A stretch of DNA of 64,000 bases, from the NCBI GenBank assembly GCA_963823665.1, contig CAWGMQ010000003.1, forward strand, positions 1,696,001-1,760,000. Direction: 5' to 3'. The position numbers and the translations under genes are program-made. Of the stretch, positions 50,347-59,957 are shown piece by piece. Source of the DNA: an uncultured Planctomycetota bacterium. Lineage in GTDB: Bacteria > Planctomycetota > Planctomycetia > Isosphaerales > Isosphaeraceae. Under the pieces are notes generated by a model. The model searched no databases. It was not told the origin of the DNA and saw only the letters and a program-made list of their open reading frames with translations. Positions within the stretch are counted from its first letter, which is position 1; the number at the start of each line of letters is the position of its first letter.

Positions 50347-51724
50347 TCAGTTCAACTGGGCTTCCGGTCGCGAGAGCAGCAGGGCAACGGAGCGGTTGAA
50401 TCGCTCGGCGTCCGAGCCGCCTTCCGACGCCGATTTTTCGAGAATCGTCCGGCAGGTTGTCGCTTCGATCGAGCGGCCCAGCGCGAGATCGCCGAAGAAG
50501 CGCAAGGCATCGCTCGAGTCTGTGCCGCGTCCGTGGCGTGCGGCCAGGCTACGGAGGTCAGGCAGATCGGCGGTGGACCCGGAATTCAATCGGCCACCGA
50601 CCAGCGCCGCCGCGAAGTTGGCCCGGCCGACGACCGAGCGCCCCGACAACCAGCTTCGACCGCCCGGCCAGCCACCCACGTTCGGCGGGAAGAAGAGCTC
50701 CTGTCCGAGGCGGCCGGTCCACTCGGCGAGCAAGAGCGTGCTCGGGGGCGGGTCGAAGCGCTCGAGACTCCGCACCGTGGCGATCACGAAGGGGACCGGC
50801 TCCGAGACCTGTGCGTGCAGGTTGCATGCGGAGAAGAACCGCTCCGACCGGAGGATCATCTCGACCGCCCGCCCGACGTGCAGGCCGTCGGCTCGCAATC
50901 GGTCTGCCAGCTCGGCCACGGCAGGCTCGTCAGCGACGTTCTCGCCGAGGAACGACTGGCACAACCGCCAGGCCAACCTTCGAGCCGTGGCCGGTTGCTC
51001 GAGCAGCACGTCAGCGACCTTGTCGCCGTCGAAGCGGTCGCTTTTCCCCAGGATGGTCTTGGGCGAGTCGTCGTGCCAGTCTGGTCGGAGGGCGTACTGG
51101 CCGTGGACGACCGTCCGGCCGGTCAGCGCCCGCGCGACCTCCTTCACGTCGCGCTCGGAGAACTGGCCGACGCCGAGTGTGAAGAGCTCCATCAACTCGC
51201 GGGCGAGGTTCTCGTTCGGCTTTCCCTTCCGGTTCGACGATGCGTCGAGCCAGCCGAGGAGGGCCGGATCGCAGAGCATCGCACGGAGCAAATCGCCGAA
51301 CGGCCCGCGAGCGTCGCGGCGGAAGGTCTCGTTCTGACGACGCATTGCGTCGACGTCTTCGACCTTGAGCTGGCTGGTGGCGAAGTGGTTGTGCCAGAGG
51401 AGCGTCAGGCGTTCGGTCAGGGGGTCGGGCGTGAAGAGCATCCGGAAGAGCCACCAGGCCTGGAGCCGGTGCGAGTCGCCGGCCGCCGGCGGCTGCGTCG
51501 CCCAGCAGATCGGCCGTTGCCGCGAATTCCGCGAGAATGCCCTGCGTACGACTCGTGCCGTTCAGGACCCGGTCCACCGCCGCTTCGGGACCGCCTTCCA
51601 GGTCGCGCTGTAATTCGTCCCAGGTCGCGGCGAAGCCGGCCCGGCGGCGGAGCGTCCAGGCGCGAGCCAGGTCCCAGGGGACACTCGGGCTCGGACGATA
51701 CGCCGACCATCGCGAAGGCCTCAT
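50347..51724 (-). CDS. DUF1800 family protein (frameshift near 51480)
   Basis: LRRRAGFAA; ERLTLLWHNHFATS; PNENLARELMELFTLG; FSERDVKEVARALTG; PPNVGGW; adjacent to DUF1501. Confidence 0.92.
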
Positions 51725-51757
51725 CGGAATTGGCTCCCGCCCGAAATGAACCGTTGG

Positions 51758-54700
51758 TCAAAAGTCCTTCAATGCGATGTCGCCCACGTCCGTGGTTTCG
51801 CCCGGCCGGACGGCGGCATCCTTGAATCCGACCCGCCGTCGAGTGATCCTTGCCCTGCTTTCGGCCACCAGAGAATAGTCGCATCCGGTCGGCACGTCGG
51901 CGAGGGTGAATCTCCCGTCATTGCCGCACCCGATCTCGGGCAGAATCAGGGCGTAACTTCCGCCCGGTTTGAGCACGGGCCGGATGCGTCGCCCCCGAGA
52001 CCGGGTTACCGTCAGGATCCACGATCCGGCCGGTGATCGTCGCGGACGGCTCGAGCGTGACGACGACGGGGCCGTTCTTGTCATCCCCTTCCTTGACATG
52101 AATCACCCGGCCGAGCTTTCGCCCCTCGTGGACGAGCCAGACCATCCGATCCTCTCCGGGTCCCAGGGCCACCACATCGAACTCGGCCTGGGCCTGGGCC
52201 TCGAGCTCGTATCGGCCGCGGTGCGGCGGCCGCCGGTTTTCACCCCGGTCACGGGCTTTCCCTGTTGATCGACCACCCGGAGGTGGACCTTCGCCCCCGG
52301 ATCCAGCGTGATGTCGAGATGGACCGTCTCGGTGCCCTCGGCAGGATTGATCTCTTTCATCGAGGTGGGGAAATGACGACTCGCGCTGACCGGGTTGCTC
52401 CAGGTGGCGAAGTCCCCGTGCTCGTTCATCCCCTTGATCGACTCGGCGCCGGCACCGCGGCGATAGGGCTTGCCCGTATAGACCACAGCCCCGACGATCG
52501 CTCGACCCGGCAGCCCGACCAGGCGATAGGTCCCGTCCGCCTTGCTCAGGTATCGCTGCTGGTAGGAAAACCCATCGGTATAGCCGCCCGGGTGGAATTC
52601 GGGGGTCGCCTGGACAAACTTGTTCTCGCGGAAGGGGAGATAATGGAGCCAGGCCCCTGCGACCGGCGCCCCCGTTTCTTTATCCGTGAGCTTGCCCTCG
52701 ATCCAGAGCCCCTTGTGCAGGTTGATCTCGACTGGAACGGCCCCGAGCCCCGGCGGGTCGGGTATCGCGAGATTCCTGCATGAAATAGGGTTGATCGTCG
52801 TTGGGTACGATCAGCAGCTTGTTTCCAGGGCCCTTGGGAAATCCCGCCAGCCGGAACCGGCCCTCGGCGTCGGTGCGCGTCTTGAGGGTCGTGATCCCGC
52901 TGAGATTGGCGCCGGAGAAGTGCCTGCTCCAGACATCGACGTCTTTCATGACCTTCTTGTCCTTCGCATCGCGGACGACGCCCTCGACGACCCGGCCCGG
53001 CGCGGCCGACAGTGTCAAGTCCGCTCCATAAATCGTCTGGGTCCCCGGACCATAGCTATTGGCGAATCCCTGAGCCGGGAACGGCTCGATCCGCCGCGTC
53101 ACGACGTTCAGTTGCGTGTGGGCGATCGTGGGTCCTTCGATCGAGAGCCTGACGAGCTTTTCGGCGCCCAGGCCCTCGATGCGGAACCGGCCCTGGGCAT
53201 CGGTCTCGGCCTTGCCGGAGGACTTCTCTTTGTCCTCTTCGAGGTGCCGGTACGCCACCCACGATGGCTCGCCCCGCCGCACGGCCTCCAGCCAAGGAGT
53301 CAGGTCGCCTCCCTTGGCCTTGTAGGTCGAGTCGACCTGAATCGTGACCCCCGGAATGGGCCGGCCTTCCAGGTCGACGATCCGGCCCGTGATGGGGACG
53401 TTGCGAGCGGGCGACCTTGCCCTGATCGTGCTTGACGGCGGCCGGTTGCTCAGACGGTTTTGATGGCTTGGCCAGTCGCCGCGCTGAACGTGCCCAGGTT
53501 GATCATCTGGCCCGATTCCAGTTTCACGTTGCGGGCCAGCTCGAACGGTTCGAACCGAGGCGGCTCCATCTTGCCGCTGGCGGAGAGACCGTAGGCCATT
53601 CGGTCCCTCGCCTGCAAGGTATAGGTCCCGCCTGGAGCCAGGTTGTCGATCCGGAATCGGCCATCAGCGCCGATCGCCTCCGTCGAGGAGTAGACGCGCG
53701 CGCGATCGGCGTTTCCTTCACCATCAAGCTCGACCCAGATCCCGCCCGTGACCGGCTTGCCCTCGGCGTCGACGATCCGGCCGGTGACCGTCGCGCAGGG
53801 CTGCAAAGTCAGCTTTGGCCCGCCGGCGCTGGCGGATTCGCCGGGCTTGATCGTGAGGACGGCTCCCAGCTTGCGGTCGCGGTGCAGAAAGAGCACAGTC
53901 TTGGCCTTCGCGGGGTCGAGGCCATAGATCTCGGCCTGGCCCTTGTCGTAGAGGTTTTGGCCCCCGCGTCTCTGGTCGGGGAACTGTCCGAACGCGGTGA
54001 CTTGCGTCAGCGGCTTGCCCTCCGGGTCGAGAAGCTGGATCGTGAGGGAGGGACTCGGCTGGAGTGCGAAGTCCTGGTGCATCCCGACACCCTTCGCCGG
54101 AACATCGACCTCCGCGACCGCTTCGAAATCCTGCGGGCTGATCTGGTTGAAAGTCGGCAGGCCGTCGCGCCGCATCGATTGACGAGCGGGGCGCTCGGAA
54201 AGCCGATCGCTGCCGACACCGAGCTGGTACGAGTGGGCAAAGGTCTTGACCGCCACGATGCCCCGGCCCGGGATTCCCACCACGCGGAACCGGCCTTGAT
54301 CGTCGGTGCGATACCGGTTGCCAGTCCAGTTAGCGGACATGGCGTTGGCTCTGAAGTTGGCGAACGCCTCGGCATGCGTATTGGCCAGGTACGGATAATA
54401 ATGGATCACCGCCCGCACCGGCCCCCCAGTCTTCGCGTCCGTGACGCGGCCGTCGATAAAGACCCCGGCATGCAGCGCGATATCGAACCGGACCGGCGCG
54501 ATTCCAGGCCCGGCTGATACCTTGAGAAAATTGGTCACGAAGTACGGCCCGTCCAGCGGCGGATAGACGCTCAGGACGTGCGCGTCTCCCTTCGGCAAAC
54601 CGATCAAGCGATAACGGCCTTCGGCGTCGGTCGTGGCGGTGATCAGGCCTTCGATGTTCCAGAGCGAGCCGGAGAGTTGCATGGCGGTAACGATCGCTCC

Positions 54701-56767
54701 CGGGATCGGCGCCTTGGTGTCTGCATCCGCGACCACGCCTTCGATCGGTCGACCGGGCTCGGCCACGATCGTCGGACTCGCACCGTAATAGGTCGGGTCT
54801 TTCAGGCCGGGCTCATCGAGATGACGGCCCTGGACGTTGGCCATCTTCCGCGTGACGACCTGGACGCGCCGCATGGCAATCGCTGGGCCGGTGATGTCCA
54901 GGATCGCCATCCGGTCGCGGCCCAGGCCGGAGAGTCGGAAACGCCCGTCTGCATCGGTCGTCGCCCGCGCGGCGGCGACGGGCGCCTCGATGCCCGGACA
55001 TTCCTGGCTGATCGGGAAATAATGAGACCGCGGGCGATCGCCATCGACGGGTCCGCTCTCAAGCGCCTTCAGCCACTTGTCGACCGCGGCCTGGCCCTCG
55101 GCCGCCCAGAGCGAGACGACGCGGATCGAGGCTTCGACCGGGCGTCCCTCCAGGTCGACCAACCGGCCGGTGATCGGCACATCGTCGGGGACCAGCCGGA
55201 TCGGCTGATCCTCGGTCACGTCGCGGGCGAGCGTCTTGGGCCAGGCCGGGCCGAACCCCGGCGCCCAGGCGACGATCGCGGGCCGGCCCCAGAGGTCGGG
55301 GTCAGCCGGATTCGGATCCGAGCCGCTGGCCGAATCGATGGTCGTCAGGCGGAAGCGGCCGTCGGCGCCGGTGACGACGCGGTCGATCTCCTGACGTTCC
55401 CCATCACGATCATAGGGGCCGACGCCCCCACGTCGATACCGCGCCGAGGCCACCGTCGCACCGGCGACCGGACGGCCCTCTTGATCGACAACGCGGCCCT
55501 TTACCGTGATTCGGGACTCCGGCTTGACGGGATCAGCGGGCACCGGTTTCCCTGGCTTCGGCTCGTCCGCGAGGACGTTCCGGCTTTCACCCCCGACACC
55601 GAGCAGGCCCGCGAGGATCGTTCCCGCCAGGCCCGCCAGAAGCGTCGCGGCGATGGTTCGCCGGCCGGCCCGGGTCGAGAGCGATCGCGTCGAATCGAGA
55701 ATCCGCGCGATCCGCCGAGCCAGCAGTGAACGCAGCGAGATCATCCCGACTGCCGACGGCGCCAGCGGGGGCAGCCGGCGCTCGGCCAGCTCGAGCAGGT
55801 GGCCGGCATATCGGCCCCGGTCCGCGCCGAATGCGACGACGAAATCGTCGCAGACCTCCTCGGCCGTCTCCTCGATCCGCCGCGACAACACCCAGAGCAG
55901 CGGCTGCACCCACAGCGCCGCCGTGGCCAGTTGCCGGAGCAGGTTCCACAGCCCGTCGCGGCGGCCCAGATGCGCCAGTTCGTGGACGAAGGTATCACGC
56001 AGGTTCTGGTCCGCGTCGTCCGGCAGCAGGATGGCCGGCCGGCGCAGGCCGTCCAGGCACGGACTTGACAGGAAGGGAGAACGAAGGACGGCAAGGAGCC
56101 TCAGTCGCATTCGCCCGGCTAGCTCGTGGCACAGCGCCTGGGCCTCGGGCTCGGCCGGGATGGCCGTCCCTCGCAGGCGAGCCATGCGGCGGTGGCCGAC
56201 CAGCAGCCGCATGGCGAGGATCGCCGTACCCAGCAGCCAGAACGCCAGCACGATCGAGGCCATCGAGGCGATCCAATCCGGGCCGGTCACCGACTCGACC
56301 GGTTCTGGTGTTGTCCCCGTACTGAGGAAGCGCGGGGGCTCGGCGGTCGTTGATGCGTCGACCGGTAATCCCATCGGACGCAAGGCCTGCATCGGGTCGA
56401 CGGCCGCGGGCGCGATGGCCGCGCGATCGAACGAGGTCGGGATCGCGCTGAAACCTTGCCGGGCGATGGGTCCGACTCGATCGAGCCCACCATCTGCGAC
56501 CTCGATCTTTTCATCCGCCGCCACGCCGGGCACCCGGATCACCAAACCGGGGAATCCCATCGCGGCGATCGCCATTGACGCGATGGGACAGACCAGGACG
56601 GCGACGAGGATCGTGCGATAGAGGGCCGACTGGACGGCCGGCCCTCGCCCCTTCAGGAAGCGGCCGGCCAGCAGGCCCACGGTCAAGAGCACGGTCGACT
56701 GGATCAACCAGGTCAAGACCGCATCGATCGGAGCCACGGAACCGGTTGTGAGCAATTTCCAGGTCAT
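51758..56767 (-). CDS. Giant BlaR1-like M56 metallopeptidase sensor with two extracellular blocks of carboxypeptidase-regulatory-like repeats (several frameshifts in the 3' third)
   Basis: ORF 53450..56767 has TM helices, HELAH zinc motif and EEVCDD. Past its TGA, removing one base at AAAA (~53460) and one at CCC (~53410) continues into NVPITGRIVDLEGRP, paralogous to DVPITGRLVDLEGRP; fragments run to the stop at 51758. No RBS/start seen for a separate gene. Confidence 0.8.
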
Positions 56768-56781
56768 CAGCCGCGCCTCCG

Positions 56782-57156
56782 TCAGTCTTTTTGATGTTGG
56801 TCGATCAACCGGTGAAGCTCGTCGAGCTCATCGCGGGACATCCGCTCGTTTTTCAGCAGGTGGGCGACCAGGCTGCCCACGTCGCCACCGAAGACGCGGT
56901 CGAGCAGCTCGCGCGCAGCGGTTCGCTTGACCCTGTCTTCTTTCAGACGGGGGAAGAACACGAAGGTGCGATCCTCGGCCTCATGCCCCACGGCACCCTT
57001 GGCTTCGAGTTGCCTCAAGAGCGTCTGCACCGTGCTGTGAGCGACCGGCTCAGACTCGTTGAGGGCCTCGGTGATCTCCCGAGCATTCGCCCGCTGGCGG
57101 TCCCAGAGGACCTGCATGATCCGGAACTGCATCCGGCCCAGTTTCGTCCCGCCCAT
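56782..57156 (-). CDS. BlaI/MecI/CopY-family transcriptional repressor
   Basis: GGGAGG RBS; IMQVLWD, AHSTVQTLLRQLEAKGAV, LLDRVFGG; directly upstream of the M56 gene. Confidence 0.95.
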   Translation of the reverse strand: MGGTKLGRMQFRIMQVLWDRQRANAREITEALNESEPVAHSTVQTLLRQLEAKGAVGHEAEDRTFVFFPRLKEDRVKRTAARELLDRVFGGDVGSLVAHLLKNERMSRDELDELHRLIDQHQKD

Positions 57157-57184
57157 CGCCCGCGCCTCCCGAACCCGTTTGTCG

Positions 57185-57225
57185 TTTACCACAGTAAATC
57201 TACCAAGATAGATGACGGGTGTCAA
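57185..57225 (-). promoter_or_regulatory. Sigma70 promoter with overlapping palindromes (candidate BlaI operators)
   Basis: -35 TTGACA (57225-20), 17-nt spacer, -10 TAGATT (57202-197); palindromes TTTAC-N4-GTAAA (57185-98) and ATCTA-N6-TAGAT (57198-213). Confidence 0.75.
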
Positions 57226-57419
57226 CGGGGTGGCGCGTCTCTTTGGGGTGGCGGGTCGTCTGAGGAGTGCCGGTAGCTCGGTGGATTTGCTAAGGAATTC
57301 TTACAAGTTCGGCTGGAAGGCACGCGCGAGGTTCGGCGAACGGCGAAGCATTACAACCTCGACGTGATCCTGGCCGTCGGCTAACGAGTTCGCTCTCCGC
57401 GCGGAACGCAGTTCCGCCG

Positions 57420-57540
57420 CTGGCGTCCGCCATGCCGAGGGCCAGCAGCCGCCACTCCCGCCACTCGCTACCGTGATCGAGCTTCACCCCCTTGCGAGCG
57501 AGTGCCAATGCCGCGCCGAGCTCCGCCTTGCTGGTGGACA
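57420..57540 (-). pseudogene. Possible fragment of a TPR-like helical domain
   Basis: STSKAELGAALALARKGVKLDHGSEWREWRLLALGMA looks protein-like but has no convincing start or end. Confidence 0.35.
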
Positions 57541-57741
57541 CCCGGATCATGCCGCATCCGTGCGCCTCCTTGCCGGTGATGGGTGTGTTGCCAAACCTCA
57601 TCTACGCAAGAGAGGCCCTTTTCGCCTATGTCAATTCGCCCGAACGTGATACGAGAAATCTACGTGCCATTCGTGCTCCTGACCGGTGCAATGAATCAAG
57701 GGCTGGTGAGAACGCCCGTCCTCAGTTCAGGAACACAGGTG

Positions 57742-58340
57742 ATGAGCCAAATGCAGTTGCAACCGGACGACCCGATCCGGCCCCTGGACTGGCTCAAGGT
57801 CATCCCGTTCGAGCCGGCCGCGTGGAGCGACCGGTTGGGGTGGGTCGGCCTGGAGGCGGTGTGCCGCCGAACGGAGCCCGCCTTTGAACTCGACCAGCCC
57901 GCCCTGACCCACCACTTGCCGCCGAGTCGCTGGCCAACCTCCTGGCCGTCCACCTGATCCGCCACATCTCAGCGCCCCGGCGGCTGGAGCGCGGGCGGGA
58001 CGGGGTGCTGCCGCGGGGGCGGCTCCGCGCCGTGGTGGAGTACATCGAGGAGCATCTCGACGGCTGCCCGACCCTGGCGCAGCTCGCTGCGGTTGTCCGC
58101 CTCAACCCCTACCACTTCGCGCGGCAGTTCAAGGCCGCCACCGGGCTGCCGCCGCATCAGTACGTCATCCTGCGTCGCGTCGAGCGGGCCAAGCAGCTCC
58201 TGCAAGCAGGCACGGATCTGTCCCTGGCGGAAGTCGCCCTCCGCGCCGGCTTCTCGGACCAGAGCCAGTTCTCCCATCACTTCAAGCGCCTCGTTGGCGT
58301 CACGCCGGGGCAGTTCCGGACTCCCTCAAGAATCGCTTAA
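57742..58340 (+). pseudogene. AraC-family regulator with internal out-of-frame deletion
   Basis: N-terminus (...SDRLGWVGLEA...PALTHH) joins near 57915 to LAAESLANLLAVHLIRH and an intact double HTH (LNPYHFARQFK, GFSDQSQFSHHFKRLVGVTP); the middle of the sensor domain is missing. Confidence 0.8.
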
Positions 58341-58507
58341 CAGCCAGCAATTCCCGCCAAGAAGCGTTCGCGCCATCCCCTTACCATTCCTCATGAGCAA
58401 GGCGGGTTGGCGTCGCCGTCCCGGTGGGCGCTGACCGATCGGGCAGTCTCTGCCCCACCCGACCCGCCGATCTGGAGTCCGTTTCAAGCCCCGGTTCGGT
58501 CCGGGGC

Positions 58508-58590
58508 AGGAGGATCGTATGCCTCCCGGGCCTGACCGGCGAGCTGGTGCGGACCGGCGAGACGCTCTATATCGCCGGCGGCTTGCGTCA
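58508..58590 (+). pseudogene. Orphan RBS+ATG fused to the C-terminal remnant of an SDR
   Basis: AGGAGG-N5-ATG followed within about 35 nt, in another frame, by TGETLYIAGGLR, a typical SDR C-terminus. Confidence 0.5.
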
Positions 58591-58658
58591 GGCCTCCGCC
58601 CACCGTCTCGCTCGTTCGTTCGACCGTCGTTTCGCACAACCATTCACAGGAGCAAGAC

Positions 58659-59870
58659 ATGACCAGCGTCTTCTTTCAGTCCCTCCATCTGCACGACTTG
58701 ACTCTGCGGAACCGGATTGTCCTGGCGCCGCTGACCCGCTCGCGGGCCGGGACCGCTCGCCTGCCGAACCGCCTGATGGCCGAATACTACTCCCAGCGCA
58801 GCTCGGCGGGTCTGCTCATCACCGAGGCGACCACGATCTCCGCCCCCTCAATATGGATGCTCACCCTGCTCCGGTTCGTGACCGGTCTCGGGCTGGGCGG
58901 CGCCCTGCCCAACGCGATCACCCTCACCTCGGAATACTCCCCGGAGGGCCGCCGCTCCTCCCTCGTGATGATCATGTTCAGCGGCTTCGCCCTCGGCGCC
59001 GCCCTGAGCGGCGTGGCGTCGGCGCACCTCATCGCCGCGTATGGGTGGCGTTCGGTCCTGGTGCTCGGCGGGGTCCTGCCGCTCCTGCTGGCCCCGGTCC
59101 TCTGGGTGATCCTGCCGGAATCCGTCCTCTTCCTGGTGATGCGGGGCGACCGCGACGCCCGCGTCGCGGCCACGCTCTGGCGGGTCGCCCCCGATGTCGT
59201 GATCCCCGCCGGCGCGCGCTTCGTCGGCGCCGGCAGGCCGGAGAAGCTCCCGGTGGGCGAGCTCTTCCGCCGCGACTTGCGGATGGGGACGCTCATCCTC
59301 TGGCTCACCTTCTTCATGAGCCTGCTCTTCTTCTATCTGCTGGGGAACTGGCTGCCGACGCTCCTCCACAGCACCGGCGTCTCCCTCAGGACGGCGTTGC
59401 TGGTCAGCGCCCTGTTCTATACGGGCGGCGTGCTGGGCGGCGTGACGCTCGGCCGGATCATGGACAAGTCCGATCCGCACCGCGTGCTTGGCGTTACCTA
59501 CGCGCTGGCGGGCGCGTTCATCATCGCCCTCGGCAACGTGGCTACGTTGCCCTGGCTCGCGGCGCCCGCCGTGTTCGGCGCCGGGTTCTGCACCGGGGGC
59601 TGCCAGATCGGGATCCACGCCGTGGCCGCCGCCTACTATCCGACGACCAGCCGGGCCACCGGCGTCGACCGCTTGGGCTCGGTGCTGGGCTCGATGCTGG
59701 GGGGCGCCCTGCTGTCCCCCGGGCGTCAATTGTCCACGATCCTCGCAATCGTGGCAGTGCCGGCCTTTGTCGCCGCGGCGAGCATGCTCGCCATGGGCCG
59801 ACAGGAAATCGTAATACACAAGTATCGCTATGACAATGCCTGGCGGGCTCCGCAGAAGGAGGGCATGTAA
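58659..59870 (+). CDS. In-frame chimera: Old Yellow Enzyme N-terminus (about 61 aa) fused to a 5'-truncated aromatic-acid:H+ symporter (PcaK/BenK-like MFS); likely pseudogene
   Basis: AGGAG RBS; LRNRIVLAPLTRSRA...AEYYSQRSSAGLLITEATTIS (OYE), then APSIWMLTLLRFVTGLGLGGALPNAITLTSEY...LPES...YYPTTSRATG (AAHS MFS). Confidence 0.85.
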   Translation: MTSVFFQSLHLHDLTLRNRIVLAPLTRSRAGTARLPNRLMAEYYSQRSSAGLLITEATTISAPSIWMLTLLRFVTGLGLGGALPNAITLTSEYSPEGRRSSLVMIMFSGFALGAALSGVASAHLIAAYGWRSVLVLGGVLPLLLAPVLWVILPESVLFLVMRGDRDARVAATLWRVAPDVVIPAGARFVGAGRPEKLPVGELFRRDLRMGTLILWLTFFMSLLFFYLLGNWLPTLLHSTGVSLRTALLVSALFYTGGVLGGVTLGRIMDKSDPHRVLGVTYALAGAFIIALGNVATLPWLAAPAVFGAGFCTGGCQIGIHAVAAAYYPTTSRATGVDRLGSVLGSMLGGALLSPGRQLSTILAIVAVPAFVAAASMLAMGRQEIVIHKYRYDNAWRAPQKEGM

Positions 59871-59932
59871 ACGCGCTATGTCCCATGTTTTCCCGTCCAT
59901 GTAAACGCGCTATGTCGCCCGTTTTCCCTTCC
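59864..59932. repeat. 34-bp-period direct repeat
   Basis: CATGTAAACGCGCTATGTC at 59864 and 59898, each followed by ..GTTTTCCC. Confidence 0.85.
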
Positions 59933-59957
59933 GTGGTTAAAACGAGTTTTCCGACAT

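Noticed and set aside
49915..51825. 636-aa + strand ORF
   Set aside because: Antisense shadow of the DUF1800/DUF1501 genes; typical of high-GC DNA; no motifs.
53450..53452. TGA of the M56 ORF as a second recoded stop
   Set aside because: The protein-like continuation is in a different frame; better explained by an indel in the preceding AAAA run.
59864..59932. Possible mini-CRISPR
   Set aside because: Two copies with similar intervening sequence; period too short for repeat plus spacer.
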